Shown here: one piece after another, positions 42,101 through 51,826 of the stretch | How the letters are laid out: the number at the start of each line of letters is the position of its first letter | Position numbering within the stretch: the first letter of the stretch is position 1 | Assembly: GCA_039815185.1 (NCBI GenBank) | Contig: JBCBZT010000014.1 | Coordinates: 32,001-96,000 of the forward strand | Direction: 5' to 3' | From: Cyanobacteria bacterium P01_A01_bin.123 | GTDB taxonomy: Bacteria > Cyanobacteriota > Cyanobacteriia > Phormidesmidales > Phormidesmidaceae | DNA length: 64,000 nucleotides | Position numbers and translations under genes: made by a program | Notes under the pieces: generated by a model | The model's database searches: none | What the model saw: the letters and a program-made list of their open reading frames with translations, nothing else | What the model was told of the DNA's origin: nothing

Positions 42101-45100
42101 AATCATCAATAAAGTGGAGGCTGGGGTTAATTTTACGGTTTATGCTTTGATTAGACCCTGGAAGCATCACCTCAATCAGAGCATGTCTGCCTTATTTGGT
42201 AACTATCATCACGCCCTAGAAAGTGGAGAGAATGAATATGCTGCTTGGTCAATTTTGACCTATCTGCGAAATGCAAGATCGATTGGCATGGAGCTCAATG
42301 AAAATGCAAAGCAGCATGCTGCTTATATCAAAATTTTGGCAAAAACCCAACGGAGTGCAGTTGTTAATTATGCCTATCCAAGTTATCTGTTCACGTTAAA
42401 ACTACTTGATCGAGATGAGATACTAGCGGATCTTGATAGTAAAGGGCTGGATCAAGCAAGTCTGATGTCCTCTCTAACGGATGCCAACGATCGAGCAGGA
42501 TTGTGTGCAGCTTACTTGTATCAACTCATGCTGGCCTATTGGCTCGGTGACTTTGATAAAGCACTGGAATCTATTACGCTTTGTCAGAAATATCTAGACA
42601 GTATCATCGGTTTCTATGAAGTCCAGCAGTATTGGTGGTTTGCTGCCTTGACATGGCTAGCGGTCTACCCCCAAGCTCCTGACTCAAAACAGCGCTTGAG
42701 ACAAATTCATCAAAGTCGAAAAAAGCTGAAGAAATGGGCACACCATGCACCGATGAATGCGCAGCATAAGTTCCATCTAGTTGAGGCAGAGCGCTACCGA
42801 GTCTTAAAGAAGATGGCGATCGCAGCTGATTTATACGATCGGGCTATCAGTGGTGCTAAAGACAATGGATATATTCAAGAAGAAGCGCTGGCTAATGAAC
42901 TCGCAGCTAAGTTCTACTTAGCATGGGGTAAAGAAAAAGCAGCGGCGGGCTATCTGCAAGCAGCGTACTATTGTTATGCCCATTGGGGCGCTCAAGCTAA
43001 AACGGATGATTTAGCAAGGCGCTATCCCGAGTTGTTGCAGCCAGTCTTGCAGCAAGCAGCGCCAAATCCGCTGGAGACTCTCGTAACCGTTGCGGCTCCC
43101 AATCTCTCAATCCATGGGTCTACGGATCTGAGCCACGCTTCTGGTTATAACTTCAACACCACTCTTGATTTCGCCGCTGCGCTCAAAGCCTCCCAAGCCC
43201 TTTCTCAATCAATTCGACTGGATGAGTTGTTGCGCCAGTTCATTCAGATTATTCTGAAAAATTCGGGGGCCGATCGCTGTGCCTTGATCCGCCCTAACAG
43301 CGCTGGTGGGTGGCAGGTCAAAGCTATTGCCACACCCCAAGCCATAGATCTGTGCTCGGAACCGTTGGCAGGCAATTCAAACCTCCCAATTAAGCTGATT
43401 CAGTACGTTAAAAACACTTATGAAGTGGTCGTGATTGATGACCTTAATACCGACTTACCCATCATTGATGACTATTTGAGTCAGCACCGACCCAAAAGTT
43501 TACTGTGCTTGCCCATTCACACTCAAGGCCGGTTGATTGGCATTTTGTACTTAAGCAATCAATCGACGAGTGGTGTTTTCACCTACGATCGCATCCTAAT
43601 ACTCAACTTTCTTTGTACCCAGGCTGCCATTTCCCTTGAAAACGCCCGACTCTATCAAACCCTCGAAAACTATTCCCAAAGCCTAGAAGCCAAAGTTGAA
43701 GAACGCACCACTGCCCTACGGGAGAATGAAGAACGCTTGAGGCTTGCCCTCAGAGCAACCAACCAAGGCTTTTTTGATCTGAACCTGCAAACGGACGAAG
43801 CGATTGTCAGTTCAGGATATGCCCTGATGCTGGGATACGATCCAGCCACCTTCCATGAAACCGCAGCCACTTGGCGATCGCGTCTGCATCCCGACGATCA
43901 AGCACAGACTAGTCAAGCCTATCGGGCCTATGAAGCGGGTCAAACCTCCCAGTACATTGCTGAATTTCGCCAGCAAACCCAGCAGGGAGATTGGAAGTGG
44001 ATTCTCTCAATGGGGCAATTTGTTGAGTGGGATAGAGATGGGCGACCCATCCGACTGCTAGGCACCCATACTGACATTAGCGATCGCAAGTTTGCTGAAA
44101 CTCAACTGCAAGACCAAAATGAACTGCTCGCACAAATTGCTCAAGGCCAACCATTGCCTGACGTGCTCAATGCCCTCATCGATACGGTAGAACGTAGTTT
44201 GGATGGGGTGCTCTGTTCAGTCTTATTGCTCGGCAAAGACAATCGCCTCCGTTTCGGTGCGGCACCCAACTTACCTGCCGATTACAACCAGGCAACCGAT
44301 GGCGTCTTGATTGGTGAAGGCGTGGGATCTTGCGGGACTGCAGCCTTTCGTAACCAAACCGTCATCGTGGCTGATATTGCCACTGATTCTCTTTGGTGTC
44401 CCTATAAGGACTTGGCCTTAAGCCATGGTCTCAGGGCCTGTTGGTCTAGCCCGATTACTGCCAGTGGAGGGGAGGTTCTAGGCACATTCGCGATGTATTA
44501 CCAACAGGTGCGATCGCCCCAATCCCATGAATTAAAGATAATTTCGCAGATGGCTCATATTGCGGGTATTGCCATTGAACGCCAACAGGCAGAAGCGCGA
44601 TTGCGTCGCAGCGAAGCAACCCTGCTGGAGGCCCAACAGATCGCTCACATTGGTAATTGGGAGTTTGATATTCCCAGCCAAACCGTCACCTGGTCACCAG
44701 AAATGTTCCGTATGTTTGGGTTGCCCCCAGCGCAATCGCCCCCCTCCTACGCAGAGTATCTGCAGATGCTCCCAGTCGACGATCGCCTACGCTTGCAGCA
44801 ATACGTTGAGCGGGCGATCGCGGAAGCAATACCCTACACCATTGAATACAGCAGGGTTAGACCGGATGGATCGCTGAGTCACCATGAGTGCCGTGCAGAA
44901 GTGGAACAGGATTCACAAGGACAAGTCATGCGGTTGTATGGCACTGTCCTCGACATCACCGAGCGCAAACAAGCCGAACTCGCCCTGCAAAATCTGATTG
45001 CAGGCACAGCTGCCACCACGGGGCAAGATTTTTTCCCAGCACTCGTGCAGCACATCTCTGAAGCCCTGAATGTTTCCTACGCGATCGTCACCGAAAAAAT

Positions 45101-46742
45101 TGGCGATCAGCTGCAAACTCTTGCTTTCTGGGCTAATGGTGTTTTAGTTCCCCCCCATACCTATGCGCTGGCCCAGACTCCCTGTGAGCTTGTGTTGCAA
45201 ACTGGAGAGTTTTATTGCAGTAGCAACGTCCAGCAATGGTTCCCTGACGATCCAGACTTAGTTGAACTGGAAGCAGAGAGCTATCTAGGTATTGTGTTGC
45301 CAAACAATCAAGGGCAGGCGATCGGCCATCTGTGCATCCTTCATCAGCAGCCGATCACGAATTTACAACGGGCAAAACAAATTCTCCGGGTCTTTGCGGC
45401 TCGGGCTGCCGCTGAACTCGAACGGCAGCAGTCTGAAGCCCTGATCACCCACAACGCGTTGCATGATCCGCTGACAGGTTTACCGAATCGAACCCTGTTG
45501 TTAGAGCGGCTAGAGCTTGCGATCAACCGCTCCCAACGGATTGGGGACTACCGCTATGCTGTTCTATTTCTCGATCTAGATCGATTCAAAGTGATTAATG
45601 ACAGTTTGGGGCATGTGATTGGCGATAAGCTTCTGGTTGCGATCGCCCAAAGATTAAAAACTCATTTGCGACAAATGGATTTAGTGGCTCGCCTCGGGGG
45701 AGATGAGTTTTTAATTCTGTTAGAAGATACCAGCAGCACCGAAGAAGTGGTTCAAATTGCTGAACGGATCCTGGCGGATTGCCAAACACCGCTCACCATC
45801 GATATCCATAAAATTTTCACCGGCATCAGCATTGGCATCGTTCTCGGCACAACGAGTTATCACCGGGCCACCGATTTGATTCGCGATGCAGATATCGCCA
45901 TGTATCGTGCTAAAACGCAAGCGAGTAATTCCTATAAATTCTTTGATGCGACGATGCACACCCAAGCCCTGAACCGTCTTACCCTAGAAACCGATCTGCG
46001 TAAGGCACTCGCTCAAGAAGAATTCATCATCCACTATCAACCCATCTTTGATTTGCACGCCCATCGACTGGTTGGATTTGAGGCATTAGCTCGCTGGCAG
46101 CATCCTACCCGAGGATTAATTTTCCCCGATAATTTCGTCTCTATTGCCGAAGAAACAGGTTTGATTGCTTCCCTCGACAGTTGGGTAATTCATCAAGCTT
46201 GCCAACAAATCGTGAGTTGGCAGGACAAATTCACTGATTATGCCCCTCTAAAAGTTAGTGTCAACCTCTCTGCTCAGGATCTGAGTAACGCAAATTTAAT
46301 TCAGGATATTGATGATATCTTGGCCACTACTGGCTTAGCGGGTGACTCAATTACGCTAGAAATTACTGAGAGTATGTTGATTGAAGATATTGACCAAACC
46401 ATTGATTTATTAGCTCAACTCGCATCAAGACAGATTCAGATCAGTATTGATGATTTTGGCACTGGTTATTCGTCTCTTAATTATCTCCATCGCCTACCCG
46501 TCCATAGCTTGAAGATTGACCGTTGTTTTGTGAGTCAGATGCAGGCAGAAAACCGAAACTACCAGGTTGTGAAGACGATTATTACTTTGAGTAATCAGCT
46601 CGGATTAATCACCGTGGCAGAGGGCATCGAGACATCACAACAATTGCAAAGGCTACAGCAGCTTGGCTGTCAGTTAGGGCAGGGCTACTTATTCTCAAAG
46701 CCACTTACCCCCCCTGAAATCGAGTCTCATTTTCTCCAATGA
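39135..46742 (+). CDS. Ser/Thr kinase-AAA ATPase-GAF-PAS-GAF-PAS-GAF-GGDEF-EAL signalling protein
   Basis: HKDIKPDN/DFS, GTLAYISPEQTGRMNR, GFSGIGKT, FLDDLHWAD, GAF and PAS repeats, RLGGDEF, FEALARW, DDFGTGYSSL. Confidence 0.93.
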   Translation: METDTNPVPSIPGYVIVEQLSKGSRAEVYRALQQGQQPVVIKVLRHEHPSFEELVQFRNQYAIARRLNHPKIACPLALERCGNGYALVMPDEGFIALPVYWQQHDRPGCDVSGGLAIASQLAGALHYLTEQRILHKDIKPDNILIHPETGQIKLIDFSLASLLPEERQQFPNPNLLEGTLAYISPEQTGRMNRGIDYRTDFYSLGVTMFELLVGELPFQTADPMGLVHCHIARPVQFSETSQQLIPERVRAIILKLMAKNAEDRYQSALGLKHDLDICLQQWDATGDITAFELGERDTRDRFLIPARLYGREKEVQLLLDAFERVAGNQASSELMLVAGFSGIGKTAVINKIHKPITCQNGYFIKGKFDQFNRNIPLLAFVQALQDLIGQLLSNSDAQLTQWRTQILDAVGENGQVLIELIPELHQVIGQQPAAPELSGTAAQNRFNWLFQKLIAVFATAEQPLVMFLDDLHWADSASLKLIKVLMDNESCLLLLGAYRDHEVSLAHPLRLTTAALMENGKTVNTIALAPLTLRDTNQFVADTLGCSTQRSRLLAELLNRKTQGNPFFISRFLKALHEDGYIQFDRHQGHWDCDVTQINAPYLTDDILEFMTQQLHRLPLKTQQVLKLAACLGNQFDLATLSLISEQSQTDTAAALWKARQEGLILPVNEIYKFFQNTDTQTPPQAVAVSYRFLHDQIQQAAYALIPEVDKSSTHLKIGRLIIDQISESELEPRLFDIANNISLGKALINHPIEQYRFGRLLLRAACKAKAATAYNAAAQYCQTGITILGQQAWQNRQTLMREFYEVGAEVTYLNSDFKRSEAFTDIALERANSVLETIKSYEIKILAYIIQNKTLEGLKIGFKILSELGITFPSNPDSISILSGFFKTKLLLWGHSIKSIEGSSIMKNPLAKARSAVIKAILPAAYISAPNLYPLLIFKQIELLLKYGNNDAAPSAYCSYGVILSNFLGDIETGYKFGELALRLMSDSIINKVEAGVNFTVYALIRPWKHHLNQSMSALFGNYHHALESGENEYAAWSILTYLRNARSIGMELNENAKQHAAYIKILAKTQRSAVVNYAYPSYLFTLKLLDRDEILADLDSKGLDQASLMSSLTDANDRAGLCAAYLYQLMLAYWLGDFDKALESITLCQKYLDSIIGFYEVQQYWWFAALTWLAVYPQAPDSKQRLRQIHQSRKKLKKWAHHAPMNAQHKFHLVEAERYRVLKKMAIAADLYDRAISGAKDNGYIQEEALANELAAKFYLAWGKEKAAAGYLQAAYYCYAHWGAQAKTDDLARRYPELLQPVLQQAAPNPLETLVTVAAPNLSIHGSTDLSHASGYNFNTTLDFAAALKASQALSQSIRLDELLRQFIQIILKNSGADRCALIRPNSAGGWQVKAIATPQAIDLCSEPLAGNSNLPIKLIQYVKNTYEVVVIDDLNTDLPIIDDYLSQHRPKSLLCLPIHTQGRLIGILYLSNQSTSGVFTYDRILILNFLCTQAAISLENARLYQTLENYSQSLEAKVEERTTALRENEERLRLALRATNQGFFDLNLQTDEAIVSSGYALMLGYDPATFHETAATWRSRLHPDDQAQTSQAYRAYEAGQTSQYIAEFRQQTQQGDWKWILSMGQFVEWDRDGRPIRLLGTHTDISDRKFAETQLQDQNELLAQIAQGQPLPDVLNALIDTVERSLDGVLCSVLLLGKDNRLRFGAAPNLPADYNQATDGVLIGEGVGSCGTAAFRNQTVIVADIATDSLWCPYKDLALSHGLRACWSSPITASGGEVLGTFAMYYQQVRSPQSHELKIISQMAHIAGIAIERQQAEARLRRSEATLLEAQQIAHIGNWEFDIPSQTVTWSPEMFRMFGLPPAQSPPSYAEYLQMLPVDDRLRLQQYVERAIAEAIPYTIEYSRVRPDGSLSHHECRAEVEQDSQGQVMRLYGTVLDITERKQAELALQNLIAGTAATTGQDFFPALVQHISEALNVSYAIVTEKIGDQLQTLAFWANGVLVPPHTYALAQTPCELVLQTGEFYCSSNVQQWFPDDPDLVELEAESYLGIVLPNNQGQAIGHLCILHQQPITNLQRAKQILRVFAARAAAELERQQSEALITHNALHDPLTGLPNRTLLLERLELAINRSQRIGDYRYAVLFLDLDRFKVINDSLGHVIGDKLLVAIAQRLKTHLRQMDLVARLGGDEFLILLEDTSSTEEVVQIAERILADCQTPLTIDIHKIFTGISIGIVLGTTSYHRATDLIRDADIAMYRAKTQASNSYKFFDATMHTQALNRLTLETDLRKALAQEEFIIHYQPIFDLHAHRLVGFEALARWQHPTRGLIFPDNFVSIAEETGLIASLDSWVIHQACQQIVSWQDKFTDYAPLKVSVNLSAQDLSNANLIQDIDDILATTGLAGDSITLEITESMLIEDIDQTIDLLAQLASRQIQISIDDFGTGYSSLNYLHRLPVHSLKIDRCFVSQMQAENRNYQVVKTIITLSNQLGLITVAEGIETSQQLQRLQQLGCQLGQGYLFSKPLTPPEIESHFLQ

Positions 46743-46866
46743 ACGCTCTGACTGGCCGGCTTGAGCAATGCTTGGGCTGCGTCGCCTGAAGCAGTAATTA
46801 ATGCGAGGTAATCAAAATCAGAAAAGTTTGTAAAGATGATGAGCGTATTGGGTTGAGTAAGCTCCA

Positions 46867-47286
46867 ATGATCAAGATCGAGCGTGGTACATCACGACATG
46901 ACCTCCTTGAGCTGATCGCGGATCTATCTGGGCCATGGTATGAACCGATGGCGTTTTCAGGGTTTGGTACAGATTTCCAAAGGGCTGTTCTCGCAGAGGG
47001 CAGCGTGGTCGATGCCTATGCTGCTGTTGATTGTGCACTCCTCGACTGGGCCCGCACAATCAACACACAAACTGTTTTAGAACAGCTTGCCGCCATTGTT
47101 CAAGCTCCACCTGGGGCAGACTTTTACAGTGACCTGGCCAGTCGGCGTCAGGCTCAATGGGACGATGCCATTAGCTGGATTATCCAAGCGATTCAAGATG
47201 CCAACCCCGATGAATTTCAAGAATTACGTGGATCCCTAGAATTCGTCCTGCTCAAGGATTACATTGAAAATGACGATTGTGAATAA
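46867..47286 (+). CDS. Hypothetical protein
   Basis: 139-aa ATG ORF; no motif recognised. Confidence 0.6.
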   Translation: MIKIERGTSRHDLLELIADLSGPWYEPMAFSGFGTDFQRAVLAEGSVVDAYAAVDCALLDWARTINTQTVLEQLAAIVQAPPGADFYSDLASRRQAQWDDAISWIIQAIQDANPDEFQELRGSLEFVLLKDYIENDDCE

Positions 47287-47400
47287 CTCGATAAGCCTAG
47301 GAAATAGGGATGGAGTAGCACAATGTATGAGCTGACAAATCCAGCTCTTTGCTTCACATTAGGCAGGCATACTCCATAGTCCTAAGCACAGCAGTTTTAT
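47284..47400. other. Long imperfect intergenic hairpin, attC-like
   Basis: Begins TAAC at the stop codon. Nested arms GCCTAGGA/TCCTAAGC, ATGGAGTA/TACTCCAT, AATGT/ACATT and GAGCTG/CAGCTC. Ends GTT 23 nt before the next ATG. Confidence 0.5.
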
Positions 47401-47416
47401 TAGAGAAATCACGGCA

Positions 47417-48034
47417 ATGAAAAAAATTATTCTTGCAGTTGCAATAACAAGCTTGGCTGTCACGGGATGCACGTTAGGCGGATCAGAAAGCTCTGCAGAA
47501 CTGCCTATCGTGGAAGAACCAGAAAGTTCTACGGAAGCGCCCATTGTAGAGGCACCGCAAGAATCGGATACACAAACCGCTACGTTCGCCGATGGTTCAG
47601 TTGAAATGCAGTTTCCAGTTGGATGGCATGAAAACGATAGCGAACATCCCTATGATCTCCAATATTTTTCAGAATTTGAAAATATGAATACTGGCTTATT
47701 TCTGTACAAATCAGAAGATTTGGCAGCAGAGTCGACGCCTCAAGCAATATTTGAATGGCACGTTGAAGATTTAGGTGCTAAACGGGAGAACTTTACGGTT
47801 CAAGAGCCAGAGCAAACAGAGAATATTGGTGATAACACCATCACGACAGTTGTTTATTCTGGTGATAAAGATGCATCGAGGTTCTACTACAAATTTACTT
47901 TGGTAGAGTTTGCCGAGGATCCCGATCGATTTTTAGTGGCGCTTCAGGTGGCAATCCCCAGTGAGTGGAGCGCGAGCAAGCCAATTCTTGAAGAGATTAT
48001 GCGTTCTGCCAGAATTAGCTCGGCAAGCCTATAA
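47417..48034 (+). CDS. Lipoprotein
   Basis: Lipobox VTG-C after a hydrophobic stretch; acidic linker. Confidence 0.8.
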   Translation: MKKIILAVAITSLAVTGCTLGGSESSAELPIVEEPESSTEAPIVEAPQESDTQTATFADGSVEMQFPVGWHENDSEHPYDLQYFSEFENMNTGLFLYKSEDLAAESTPQAIFEWHVEDLGAKRENFTVQEPEQTENIGDNTITTVVYSGDKDASRFYYKFTLVEFAEDPDRFLVALQVAIPSEWSASKPILEEIMRSARISSASL

Positions 48035-48163
48035 AACTGTAGCCATAAGCTTTAGCTTGCGAGTGTGAGCGAGTGATCTGTAGCGCGTCGCGCCATACAC
48101 CCCCAGGAGCGCCCAATTGCTGAAAGCGCTCTTGGCAGCACAATAGCAACGTTATACGTACAG
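48031..48163. other. Imperfect intergenic inverted-repeat element, attC-like
   Basis: CTGTAgccATAAg (48037-48049) pairs imperfectly with GTTATAcgTACAG (48151-48163); internal stem CCAGGAGCGC/GCGCTCTTGG; GTT is 17 nt before the next ATG. Confidence 0.45.
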
Positions 48164-48167
48164 CGTC

Positions 48168-49160
48168 ATGAGGCGTCTCAAGATTAAGCGGTTAATAGCA
48201 GTCGCGATCGCGGCCTTGGGATTATGTTTGTACTTGAATAATGCCTCGTTTCTTGCTGCTCCAATTGGGGCTGAGCCCATTCTGGTTGCCCATCGGGGCC
48301 TGAGCCAAGACTTTGATCGTGAAGGTCTCAATAACGACACTTGCACCGCCACTCGCATGCTGCCAACGTCCCACGAGTATTTAGAAAATACGATCCCGTC
48401 TATGGAAGCGGCGTTTGCCTATGGGGCCGATATCGTTGAATTCGATATTCACCCCACTACTGACAACCACTTTGCCGTCTTTCACGATTGGACGGTTGAC
48501 TGCCGTACCAACGGGACTGGGGTTACTCGTAAACACACCCTTGAAACTCTGCAAGCGCTTGATATTGGCTATGGCTACACTACTGATGGCCAAACCTACC
48601 CGTTTCGTGGAAAGGGGGTAGGGATGATGCCTTCATTAGAAACAGTACTGTCCACTTTTCCAGATCGCAAGTTTGTAATCAACATCAAAAGCCAAGACCC
48701 TAAAGAAGGCAAGCTCCTTGCCGATCGACTAGCTAAACTCTCTCCAGAACGCCAAGCTCAGATGATGGTTTACGGTGCAGCCCAGCCAGTCAATATTATT
48801 CGAGAACAACTGCCTCCCATTCGCACGCTTTGGCCGCATCGGCTGAAACAGTGTCTGAGCCGCTATCTAGCCTTTGGTTGGGCCGGGCATGTACCTACTA
48901 TTTGCCAACGGAATATGCTGATGGTGCCAGCTAACTATGCCCGGTGGCTGTGGGGGTGGCCCAACCGCTTTCTGCAGCGCATGGATAAAGTTGGCACAAG
49001 CGTCTTTTTGATTGGCAATTATGACGGTGAAGGTTTTTCAAAAGGATTTGATGATCCTGAACGTCTCAAAGAACTGCCCTCAGACTATGCGGGTGGTATT
49101 TGGACAGATCGGATTGATTTGATTGGCCCAGCCGTTGAGGAAGGGAGCTTTTCATCATGA
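48168..49160 (+). CDS. Glycerophosphodiester phosphodiesterase-family protein
   Basis: VAHRG, ENTIPS, EFDIH, VFHD, INIKS, GIWTD. Confidence 0.92.
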   Translation: MRRLKIKRLIAVAIAALGLCLYLNNASFLAAPIGAEPILVAHRGLSQDFDREGLNNDTCTATRMLPTSHEYLENTIPSMEAAFAYGADIVEFDIHPTTDNHFAVFHDWTVDCRTNGTGVTRKHTLETLQALDIGYGYTTDGQTYPFRGKGVGMMPSLETVLSTFPDRKFVINIKSQDPKEGKLLADRLAKLSPERQAQMMVYGAAQPVNIIREQLPPIRTLWPHRLKQCLSRYLAFGWAGHVPTICQRNMLMVPANYARWLWGWPNRFLQRMDKVGTSVFLIGNYDGEGFSKGFDDPERLKELPSDYAGGIWTDRIDLIGPAVEEGSFSS

Positions 49161-49781
49161 AAGCTGGAGAGACTGGCCAAAATATCCTTCGATGCCAGCT
49201 AAAATCGCCTCCATCGCTAAGGCAGCCAGCAATAACCCCAAAATTCGAGTGATCACATTTACCCCTGTTTGCCCTAGGCTCTTCTGAATCCAGTCTGCAG
49301 AGAGCAAGGCCACAAAGGTGATGAGCAACACAGCCAGTAAGGCCAATGCCGTCAGTGCCTGATCAACGAAGCCAAACTTCATGTTGTCTGTCAATAACAC
49401 CACGGTCATGATGCCGCCTGGCCCGGCGATCAGGGGGGTCGCCAATGGAAACACTGCTAAATCAATGGATGAAGCCGGATCAGTCGATGCCGAGTGCCCT
49501 CCAGCATCTTGCAAAACCATCTGTAAGCCCACAATCAGCAACAAAATTCCGCCCGCTGTCCGAAAGGCTGGCAGGCTGATCTCTAAAGCCTCCAGCAGAG
49601 GCTGACCCATGACTAAAAATGCAAACAAGATGACGGTTGAGATGCCTACTCCTAACAATGCGATGCGTTGACGGCTGACCTGAGGCTCCTTTTGCGTGAT
49701 GGCAATAAAGAGCGGCACCAACCCGATTGGATCAATCACCACAAACAACGTGACCGCATCCTGAAGAAAGTGTTGAAACAT
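49155..49781 (-). CDS. MarC-family membrane protein
   Basis: LFVVIDPIG, AFRTAGGILL, VFPLATPLIAGPG, RILGLLLAA. Confidence 0.93.
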   Translation of the reverse strand: MFQHFLQDAVTLFVVIDPIGLVPLFIAITQKEPQVSRQRIALLGVGISTVILFAFLVMGQPLLEALEISLPAFRTAGGILLLIVGLQMVLQDAGGHSASTDPASSIDLAVFPLATPLIAGPGGIMTVVLLTDNMKFGFVDQALTALALLAVLLITFVALLSADWIQKSLGQTGVNVITRILGLLLAALAMEAILAGIEGYFGQSLQLS

Positions 49782-49848
49782 AGGGATTCTACAGAATCAG
49801 TAAGTCTGAGGCCAGTATCCCCCAATATTGAAGGATTGAGGGGCTTAG

Positions 49849-50280
49849 CTAGTTGTTGTGAAAGAACACCACATCACAATGGGCATGACGAATGACACGA
49901 CTTTCCATGGTTCCCAGCAGATAATCAACGGGTTCTGGACGATCTGCCCCCAGGAAGATTAAATCGACTTTTTCTTCTTCAGCAACTTCTAGGATTTGCG
50001 CATGGGTCGAACCATAGCGCACGCTTAACCCGGCAATGAGATCCTTGGGGATGTGGTCATTCGCAAACGTTTCTAAAGATTCCAGCGCTTTGGCCTGCGC
50101 TTTTTCAATAAAGTTTTCGGGTAGTAATGGGCTGACAAAATAACCGCCGTAGTCAGCCATCACGGTCATGACGATAAATTGCCCTTCTAAGGCCTTAATG
50201 TAAGCAATCGCTCGATCTAAAAAGGTTAGCTTAGCATTGAGCTGATTGATATCGATAGGAAGTAGAACTTTAAGCATCAT
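49849..50280 (-). CDS. Universal stress protein (UspF/G-like)
   Basis: VLLPID, ILEVAEEEKVDLI, YLLG..RVIRHAHCDV. Confidence 0.88.
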   Translation of the reverse strand: MMLKVLLPIDINQLNAKLTFLDRAIAYIKALEGQFIVMTVMADYGGYFVSPLLPENFIEKAQAKALESLETFANDHIPKDLIAGLSVRYGSTHAQILEVAEEEKVDLIFLGADRPEPVDYLLGTMESRVIRHAHCDVVFFHNN

Positions 50281-50317
50281 AATGGCTCCTAGTGCGGATT
50301 GCTGGCTGCGTTAATCT

Positions 50318-51826
50318 TCACTCAGCAGAACTGGCCGACGCCGCCATCGCCATCTCTGGATCGTCTATGGTCTCTAACTGAATGCGGGTAATCGTCAGGT
50401 TCATCGCGCCTAAGAAAATAGACACGAGGGGACTGAGAATGTTGAAAAAGCAGAAGGGTAAATAGCTCAGGGTGGGCACGCCCAGAACGCCTGAGTGAAA
50501 TGCACCGCCAGAATTCCAAGGAATCAAAACCGATGTCACGGTGCCAGCGTCTTCAACCGCCCGAGAAAGGTTTTTAGGGTGTAACCCATACTTGAGATAG
50601 GCGGAACGAAACATGCGAGCGGGTACAACGATGGCGATGTACTGGTCTGAAGCAGTGGCATTCATGAAGAGACAGGTTGCAACCGTTGCCCCGACCAAGG
50701 TGCCTGCCCCACGAGCGCCAGCCAGAATGGTATTGGCCAATTTTTGCAACATACCGCAGGCTTCCAACATGCCCCCAAACAGCATGGCGGTGATAATCAG
50801 CCAAATCGTATTCAGCATGCTGCTCATACCACCTCTGGAGAACAGGCCATCAATTACTTCATTACCCGTCTCAATACTGAAGCCATCGGCAGCCACCCCC
50901 ACCAAAAGTCCGTAAGCCCCGCCAAGGGTAAAGTTGCCATCCAGCATCGTCGTTAGGAGACCGCCCTGAAAAATCACAGCGGCAAGGCATCCTAAAAGAA
51001 CTCCAAAAACGAGCGCTGGCAGAGCAGGCACCCGCAGGGCAACCATCGTAACCACTAGCAGGGGTACCGCCAACAAAAGCAGATTCAGGTTGAAGTTGTC
51101 TAGAATGACGCCTTGAACCTCGGCGATCGCGTCCCCACTTAAACTGTCGCCTTGATAGAAAAAACCAAGCACAAGAAACCCAATTAGGGCCAACCCAATA
51201 GCAGGCCCTGATGAGTAAACCATGTGACGAATGTGGGTAAACAGATCGGTTCCTGCCATGGCGGGAGCCAGATTGGTGGTATCCGATAAAGGCGACATTT
51301 TATCGCCGAAATAAGCGCCTGAAATGACGGCTCCCGCTACCATGCCGACCGGGACATTAAAGGTCTGGCCGATGGCAATCAGAGCAATGCCAATGGTGCC
51401 GCTAGTCGACCAACTACTCCCTGTACAGAGCGCCACAATACAGCTGACAACACAGGAGACAAACAGGAAGACTCTAGGGTTAATAATTTCTAAGCCGTAA
51501 TAAATCATCAGCGGCACAATGCCACTGGCAATCCAAATGGAAATGAGTGAACCCACCACAAATAGGATTAAAACGGCCTGGAGTGACATGCCAATTGATT
51601 TGATCACCTGCTCCTCTAGGAAGCGATAGGGAATTTTCAGGGCAAACACGCCGATTAATCCGGCAAGCAGTGCGGATAGGCTCAAGGCGATTTGATTGGG
51701 GCCAAATGTAGCGTTATCCTTAAACAAAAGGACATTAAAAACCATCAGAGCAATCAAAACCCCAATGGGAATCAAGCATAAGAGAACGGAGGGTTCGCGC
51801 CTGTCCAACTCTTCTTGCATGGTCAA
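50318..51826 (-). CDS. nhaC: NhaC-family Na+/H+ antiporter/transporter
   Basis: TGSSWSTSGTIG, GAVISGAYFGDKMSPLSDTTNLA, SRGGMSSM, LIPWN; start may be ATG 51820. Confidence 0.92.
   Translation of the reverse strand: MTMQEELDRREPSVLLCLIPIGVLIALMVFNVLLFKDNATFGPNQIALSLSALLAGLIGVFALKIPYRFLEEQVIKSIGMSLQAVLILFVVGSLISIWIASGIVPLMIYYGLEIINPRVFLFVSCVVSCIVALCTGSSWSTSGTIGIALIAIGQTFNVPVGMVAGAVISGAYFGDKMSPLSDTTNLAPAMAGTDLFTHIRHMVYSSGPAIGLALIGFLVLGFFYQGDSLSGDAIAEVQGVILDNFNLNLLLLAVPLLVVTMVALRVPALPALVFGVLLGCLAAVIFQGGLLTTMLDGNFTLGGAYGLLVGVAADGFSIETGNEVIDGLFSRGGMSSMLNTIWLIITAMLFGGMLEACGMLQKLANTILAGARGAGTLVGATVATCLFMNATASDQYIAIVVPARMFRSAYLKYGLHPKNLSRAVEDAGTVTSVLIPWNSGGAFHSGVLGVPTLSYLPFCFFNILSPLVSIFLGAMNLTITRIQLETIDDPEMAMAASASSAE

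Noticed and set aside
46736..46852. CCAAT..ACGCTC / GAGCGTATTGG inverted ends as another attC
   Set aside because: The interior does not pair convincingly; it may be chance.
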